Shown here one piece after another: positions 7,126 through 11,714 of a DNA stretch of 11,714 nt. The first letter of the stretch is position 1. Each line of letters starts with the position of its first letter. Both the position numbers and the translations under genes were made by a program. The DNA is from an uncultured Pseudomonadota bacterium. GTDB lineage: Bacteria; SAR324; NAC60-12. The notes under the pieces are model-generated. The model saw only the letters and a list, made by a program, of their open reading frames with translations, searched no databases and was not told the DNA's origin. The stretch spans positions 1 to 11,714 of the forward strand of contig CAJWCD010000114.1 in assembly GCA_913020725.1 (NCBI GenBank). Direction: 5' to 3'.

Positions 7126-8313
7126 ATGTCCCACGCCCACCACCATAACCGCCCTGCCCGGGAAGCCCTTGGTGTCACTTGGTTGGGATTGGTCTGCAAT
7201 CTGCTGCTCGCGGCAGGCAAGGGTTTCGTCGGGCTGCTCACCAATTCTGCCGCGCTGATCGCTGATGCAGGGCACTCGTTTTCGGACCTGCTCTCCGACG
7301 GGGTCACGCTCTGGGCGCTCTGGGTGTCCCGGATGCCCCGCGACGAAAACCACCCCTACGGGCATGGCCGCTTTGAAACCGTCGGGGCACTGCTCGTGTC
7401 CGTGCTGTTGGGCGCAACCGGAATTGGCGTAGCAGTTCACGCCTTCTCATACCTCAATGCTCCGGTGGTTCCCGCTTCCTTCGCACTCTGGGCAGCGGGA
7501 GTCTCGATCTTCGTCAAGGAAGGCTTGTTCTGGATTACACGGGCAGTCGGCAGGCGACAACGCAGTCGGGTGCTGATGGCCAACGCTTGGCATCACCGTT
7601 CCGACGCGTTGTCCTCAGTCGCGGCACTTGCGGGCATCGGTGCGGCGCAGTTCGGGTTTCCACTGATGGACCCCATCGCCGGGTTTCTCGTTGCTGGACT
7701 GATCCTGCGCATCGCGGTGGAGTTGGGGCACGAAAGCCTGCGGGAATTGACGGACGAAACCGCCGATGATGCCATGCTGGAACGCATCCACGGGCAAGTG
7801 GCAAAGGTCGAAGGCGTGGAGCATTTCCATGAGGTCCGGGCACGCCCGATGGGGCCGAACCTGCTGGTGGACTTGCACATCGAGGTGGATCGACTGATGA
7901 CCGTTTCCGCCGCCCACCAAGTCGCCGAGCGCGTGCGTTGGGGAGTCCTCAACGAAATCCCGGAAGTCAACGAGGTGCTGGTGCATGTTGATGCCGAGCA
8001 GGATTTGGAGGAGGTGGAGATGCAACTGATGCGACCCCAGCCGGAGATCGAGCAGGACATTCGCGGCATCCTCGCGGAACTTCCGGAAATCAAGGGCGTC
8101 ACCCACATCTACTGCCACTTCCTCAAGCAAGCGCTCACCGTGCAGGTGAATCTGCTGCTCGATCCGGATTTGCAGATCCGCACGGCCCAGCAAATTGCCC
8201 GGCAAGCTCGCTTGCGCATCGAGCAGATTCCGGATGTGCAGGACGCCGACATCCACCTTGAGTTGCACGACGGCGGCACCGGACACGAGGCCATCGCCGT
8301 GGCGGATGCCTAA
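7126..8313 (+). CDS. Cation diffusion facilitator (CDF) metal transporter with two tandem C-terminal dimerisation-type domains
   Basis: SAALIADAGHSFSD (TM2 HxxxD), HPYGHGRFE, NAWHHRSD (TM5 HxxxD), six hydrophobic segments, short His-rich N-terminus (HAHHH), CTD motifs VDLHIEVD...AHQVAE...VLVHVD. ATG 7126 chosen over TTG 7123. Confidence 0.92.
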   Translation: MSHAHHHNRPAREALGVTWLGLVCNLLLAAGKGFVGLLTNSAALIADAGHSFSDLLSDGVTLWALWVSRMPRDENHPYGHGRFETVGALLVSVLLGATGIGVAVHAFSYLNAPVVPASFALWAAGVSIFVKEGLFWITRAVGRRQRSRVLMANAWHHRSDALSSVAALAGIGAAQFGFPLMDPIAGFLVAGLILRIAVELGHESLRELTDETADDAMLERIHGQVAKVEGVEHFHEVRARPMGPNLLVDLHIEVDRLMTVSAAHQVAERVRWGVLNEIPEVNEVLVHVDAEQDLEEVEMQLMRPQPEIEQDIRGILAELPEIKGVTHIYCHFLKQALTVQVNLLLDPDLQIRTAQQIARQARLRIEQIPDVQDADIHLELHDGGTGHEAIAVADA

Positions 8314-8316
8314 GCC

Positions 8317-9894
8317 ATGGCAGACGCCTCCGGAACCGAATCGCAGCGCATCCTCCGCAATTCGGGCACCGTTACTTTTTTCACGCTGTTCTCCCGCGTC
8401 CTTGGAGCGGCTCGCGACCTCGTCATTGCACACTTCTTCGGAGCCGGTGGCCTCACCGACGCCTTCGTTCAGGCGTTCACGATCCCCAATGTCTTCCGGA
8501 GATTAACCGCCGAAGGGTCACTCACCCTCGTTTTTTTGCCACTCTACACCAAAATTCGAGAAAAACGCGGGCTGGACGCGGCACGATGTTTCGCCTCGCA
8601 AACCCTTGGACTCGTGCTGGTCGGAACGCTGGGGATCACTGCGCTCGGCATGATCTTCGCGCCACAGTTGGTCTACCTCTTCGCCGCCGGATTCGCGGAC
8701 GATCCCGAGCAGTTCGGATTGACGGTCGAGTTGACACGCTGGATGTTCCCCTACCTGATGCTCGTCTCCGTGGTCGCGTGGGCGATGGGAGTGCTAAACG
8801 CCGAACGCCGTTTCGCCACTCCCGCCGCCGCGCCGATGCTGCTGAATGTGGCGGTCATCGCATCGGCGCTGGCGGTGGCGCCGTTGCTGGAGCAACCTAT
8901 TTTCGCACTTGCCTACGGAGTGCTTGCCGGAGGCATCGCCCAAGTGTTCCTGCAACTGCCCGCTCTTCGCGGCGCCGGACAGCCATTCGTCCCCCGAAGT
9001 TTTGGCAGGAACCCGGACATCCAGCGGTTGCTGTGGCTGCTCGGCCCCTCGCTCTTCGGGGTGGCGGTTTACCAGATCAATCTCATCGTCCTTCGCAATC
9101 TCGCCAGCTTCCTGCCCTCTGGACAAGTCACGCATTACTACAACGCGAGCCGACTCGCGGAGTTGACGCTGGGGGTGTTCGCGTTCGCCATCGCCAACGC
9201 GAGTTTCCCGGAACTCAGTAAGCACACTGCGCAGGCCGATTGGGAGCAGGCCCGCAAGACACTGCGCTTCAGCGCGGCCACCACCGGATTGATCATCTGG
9301 CCCGCTGCGCTCGGTTTGGCCGCTGCCGCCGAACCGATCGTCTCCATGCTCTACCGACACGGAGCCTATACCTTGGAGGATGTCCAGGGTACTGCGCAAA
9401 CTTTGCAGGCGTTTGCTCTTGGACTGCCCGCCGTTGCCTTGGTGCGACTGCTAACCTCTGCCTGCTATGCACTTCAGGATACGAAAACTCCGGTGCGTAT
9501 CGCCGCACTCGGACTCGTCATCACCGCAGGTTTGGGGTGGCGCTGGAGCCAAACGCTGGAGGTCACAGGCTTGGCGCTTGGACTCTCTGCAGGGACATGG
9601 GTGCAGGCGATTCTGCTCAGCTTCGGTTTGCGAAGACACTTGCAGTTTCAGGGGTCACTGCCGTGGCTGGACTTCCTACGACAATTCAGCGCGGCCCTGT
9701 CGATGGGACTGCTAACCGCATGGGTCAGCCTGCAATGGGATTGGACCTCCGGACCCATGATTGTCGTCAACTGGGCTGCGTTTCTGGGAATTCTACTCGG
9801 GGCTGCGCTCCTTTACCTTGCTCTCGTCCTGCTGCTCCGTGATCCCCACGCCCGCTCGTTGCTGCGGCTTGCCTTCCGCCGCTCCTTACTCTGA
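8317..9894 (+). CDS. murJ: Lipid II flippase MurJ (MviN)
   Basis: TLFSRVLGAARD, DAFVQAFTIPNVFRRLTAEG, MFPYL, RLAELTLGVF, YALQDTKTPV; many hydrophobic segments over 525 aa. Starts 3 nt after the CDF stop codon. Confidence 0.95.
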   Translation: MADASGTESQRILRNSGTVTFFTLFSRVLGAARDLVIAHFFGAGGLTDAFVQAFTIPNVFRRLTAEGSLTLVFLPLYTKIREKRGLDAARCFASQTLGLVLVGTLGITALGMIFAPQLVYLFAAGFADDPEQFGLTVELTRWMFPYLMLVSVVAWAMGVLNAERRFATPAAAPMLLNVAVIASALAVAPLLEQPIFALAYGVLAGGIAQVFLQLPALRGAGQPFVPRSFGRNPDIQRLLWLLGPSLFGVAVYQINLIVLRNLASFLPSGQVTHYYNASRLAELTLGVFAFAIANASFPELSKHTAQADWEQARKTLRFSAATTGLIIWPAALGLAAAAEPIVSMLYRHGAYTLEDVQGTAQTLQAFALGLPAVALVRLLTSACYALQDTKTPVRIAALGLVITAGLGWRWSQTLEVTGLALGLSAGTWVQAILLSFGLRRHLQFQGSLPWLDFLRQFSAALSMGLLTAWVSLQWDWTSGPMIVVNWAAFLGILLGAALLYLALVLLLRDPHARSLLRLAFRRSLL

Positions 9895-10019
9895 AAAAAT
9901 GCGTAATCTTCCCCCGCTTTGCATCACATCTGCTAACTCAACTCACTGGTGTCCATTGACAGGATCATCTGCTCTGCGAAGCAACTGCCTTATTTTCCGG
10001 ACAATGCTGGACGGATTCC

Positions 10020-10286
10020 CTATTTCGGAGACAACCGCCGTTCGGTGTGGCACGGCAGCTTCCGCACAGGTTGCTGCTGCATGATTTCTTGGGCGGCTTC
10101 CTGGATTTTCGGTTGGTAGAGTGCCCAGAGTTGCGCGCCCAGTTCGGTGAGTTGGTGGCACTCACCGTTGCAGTCGGGGCACGCCTTCCGAAGGTTGGGA
10201 ATGAGGCTACCGCAGGACTGGAAGCCCGCGACGAATCCGGTACCGTTGCAGGTGGAACAGGGAGTTTGGAAATCGGCGATCAGCAT
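10020..10286 (-). CDS. Small DnaJ-type zinc-finger protein, anti-TRAP (RtpA)-like, 88 aa
   Basis: Two CxxCxGx(G/C) motifs (CSTCNGTG, CPDCNGEC) followed by LTELGAQLWALY and an amphipathic helix. It fills the gap between murJ and dcd without overlap. No clear SD. Confidence 0.75.
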   Translation of the reverse strand: MLIADFQTPCSTCNGTGFVAGFQSCGSLIPNLRKACPDCNGECHQLTELGAQLWALYQPKIQEAAQEIMQQQPVRKLPCHTERRLSPK

Positions 10287-10291
10287 AAGGC

Positions 10292-10320
10292 TTTAGAGTT
10301 GGCTTAGGTGCTGGTACACT
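10292..10320 (+). promoter_or_regulatory. Possible extended -10 sigma70 promoter for dcd
   Basis: TTTAGA (10292-10297), 17-bp spacer, TACACT (10315-10320) preceded by TG at 10312-10313 (TGnTACACT). Confidence 0.45.
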
Positions 10321-10386
10321 TTCCGCATGATTCGCGCCACACGGTTTGGGCGCTCAACTTTCAACTTTTGTCACTGATCACACACG

Positions 10387-10914
10387 ATGATCATTTCGGA
10401 TGTGGGACTGAAAAAACTGGTGGCGCAGGGGTACTTGCCGGACGGACTCACCATTGGTCCTTCCAGCGTGGACCTCACGTTGTCCGACTCCTTTGGCTGG
10501 CCAAAGCCGCAGCAGGAGGAAATCATCCTCGGTGAACCGGTTGCACACGAGCAGGTGACAACCGACCGTTTTGTGCTGCAACCGCAGCGCTTTGTACTCG
10601 CCAGCACCGCCGAAATCCTGCGGGTTCCAGAGAATATGGCGGCGTATGTCGAGGGACGTTCCAGTATTGGACGCCTCGGTTTGCAGGTGCAGAACGCGGG
10701 CTTTATCGATGCGGGCTTTCACGGTCAGATCACCTTGGAACTGGCGAACCAGTCGCCCTTTCCAATCGTGCTGAAAAAAGGCACCCGGATTTGCCAGATC
10801 GTCTTTATGCAAATGAGCGAACCGGCGCTGAAACCCTATGCAGGGAAATACGGCGGACAGGTGGGGGCGACGCCGAGTCGCTTGGAAGCTGATCCGGAAT
10901 TCCGGGAAAATTAA
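10387..10914 (+). CDS. dcd: dCTP deaminase (probably the bifunctional dUMP-forming DCD-DUT type)
   Basis: PSSVDLTL, EGRSSIGRLGL, AGFIDAGFHGQITLEL, GTRICQIVF, YAGKYGGQ.GATPSR. Confidence 0.95.
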   Translation: MIISDVGLKKLVAQGYLPDGLTIGPSSVDLTLSDSFGWPKPQQEEIILGEPVAHEQVTTDRFVLQPQRFVLASTAEILRVPENMAAYVEGRSSIGRLGLQVQNAGFIDAGFHGQITLELANQSPFPIVLKKGTRICQIVFMQMSEPALKPYAGKYGGQVGATPSRLEADPEFREN

Positions 10915-10937
10915 GCCCCTGTGCGCCCCTTTGCATC

Positions 10938-10965
10938 TTGAGACTTCAAGGGGGAGTGCTAGGGT
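10938..10965 (+). promoter_or_regulatory. Possible sigma70 promoter for leuA
   Basis: TTGAGA (10938-10943), 16-bp spacer, TGc-TAGGGT (extended -10; hexamer 10960-10965). An alternative -10, TAGGAT, lies at 10967-10972. Confidence 0.4.
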
Positions 10966-10970
10966 CTAGG

Positions 10971-11052
10971 ATTGGAGGAACGATCCTCCAATAACCGTCA
11001 TGGTGACGGTCTCCTGCGGCAATGCCGCAAATCCCAATTGGCAAGAGGAACT
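10971..11052 (+). promoter_or_regulatory. Structured 5' leader of leuA (three consecutive hairpins plus SD GAGGA at 11045-11049); candidate cis-regulatory RNA
   Basis: Stems ATTGGAGGA/TCCTCCAAT (10971-10992), ACCGTCA/TGACGGT (10994-11010) and TGCGGC/GCCGCA (11015-11029). Confidence 0.55.
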
Positions 11053-11714
11053 ATGGAAAAAGTCAGAATTTTTGACACAACGCTCCGTGATGGGGAGCAG
11101 GCACCCGGATTTTCCATGTCGGCTAGCGAAAAGCTGACCCTTGCCAAGCAACTAGAGCGCCTAGGCGTGGATGTCATTGAGGCGGGGTTTGCTGCCAGTT
11201 CGCCCGGTGATTTTGAAAGTGTGAAGGCCATTGGCCAGCAGTGCGAGCGGGCGACCGTGGTGTCCCTGTGCCGTGCGTCTATCAGCGACATCGACCGTGG
11301 GGTTGAGGCGCTGAAGGACGCGGAAAACTGGGGCATCCACACCTTTATCGCATCCAGTCCGCTGCACATGAAGTTCAAGCTCCAGATGGAGCCGGAGGAG
11401 GTGCTCAAGGCGGCGGTCACGGCGGTGGAACACGCTAAGCGCTTCACAGACAATGTGGAGTTCAGTCCGGAAGACGCGACCCGTAGCGAGCCGGAGTTCT
11501 TGGTGAAACTGCTTTCGGAAGTGGTGCGGGCCGGTGCGGTGACGCTCAACATCCCCGACACCGTGGGTTACACGACTCCGGACGAGATGTACGAGTTGAT
11601 CCTGCGGCTCAGGAACGAGGTGCATAACGCCGATCAGGTGGTCTTCTCAGTTCACTGCCACGACGACCTTGGCATGGGAGTGGCGAACTCGCTGGCGGCG
11701 GTCAAGGCCGGAGC
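11053..11714 (+). CDS. leuA: 2-isopropylmalate synthase, N-terminal part (truncated by the window end)
   Basis: Manual translation from ATG 11053: MEKVRIFDTTLRDGEQAPG...LGVDVIEAGF...IHTFIASS...VEFSPEDATRS...LNIPDTVGY...SVHCHDDLGMGVANSLAAV. It has the DRE-TIM motif and the metal-binding HxH. SD GAGGA upstream; no stop before the window end. Confidence 0.95.
   Translation, partial: MEKVRIFDTTLRDGEQAPGFSMSASEKLTLAKQLERLGVDVIEAGFAASSPGDFESVKAIGQQCERATVVSLCRASISDIDRGVEALKDAENWGIHTFIASSPLHMKFKLQMEPEEVLKAAVTAVEHAKRFTDNVEFSPEDATRSEPEFLVKLLSEVVRAGAVTLNIPDTVGYTTPDEMYELILRLRNEVHNADQVVFSVHCHDDLGMGVANSLAAVKAG

Noticed and set aside
10894..10905. 12-bp perfect palindrome CCGGAATTCCGG at the end of dcd
   Set aside because: It lies within coding sequence and is explained by the general abundance of CCGG/TCCGGA.
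10926..10954. Intrinsic terminator after dcd (CCCC...CTTGA-gact-TCAAG-GGGG)
   Set aside because: The stem has a large bulge and no U-tract, and it overlaps the candidate leuA -35 box.
10940..10978. TRAP-binding (G/U)AG repeat array upstream of leuA
   Set aside because: Only about five triplets with irregular, mostly long spacers, largely upstream of the predicted TSS. Canonical TRAP sites have around 9-11 triplets with 2-nt spacers.
11000..11137. 45-codon out-of-frame uORF overlapping the leuA start, as a leader peptide
   Set aside because: No run of Leu codons, the nearest GGAGG is about 21 nt upstream and sequestered, and there is no attenuator terminator. A CTA Leu codon overlaps the leuA ATG, but this is probably chance.
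1..11714. Mobile elements, CRISPR arrays, tRNA/rRNA genes, defence systems
   Set aside because: I found no transposase or integrase motifs, regularly spaced repeats, cloverleaf/T-loop signatures or obvious composition shift.

Overview
A gene-dense, moderately GC-rich (roughly 60% by eye) bacterial chromosomal segment of mostly housekeeping genes, with no mobile element, CRISPR array or RNA gene that I can support. In order: a GcvT-family/sarcosine-dimethylglycine dehydrogenase-like flavoprotein (+); pdxA (-); a divergent, probably co-transcribed block of HtrA/DegP-like protease, nudC, a serC-family aminotransferase, a CDF metal transporter and murJ (+); a small zinc-finger protein resembling anti-TRAP (-); dcd (+); and the 5' part of leuA (+, missing from the ORF track because it runs off the window). 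The most interesting observations are (1) a structured leuA 5' leader with three back-to-back hairpins and an alternative anti-Shine-Dalgarno pairing that looks like a translational switch, (2) the anti-TRAP-like protein with no TRAP or trp genes in view, (3) a SerC homologue with substitutions at normally conserved active-site motifs, (4) a CDF with a duplicated C-terminal domain, and (5) many copies of the palindrome TCCGGA. All family assignments come from motif recognition, not database searches.
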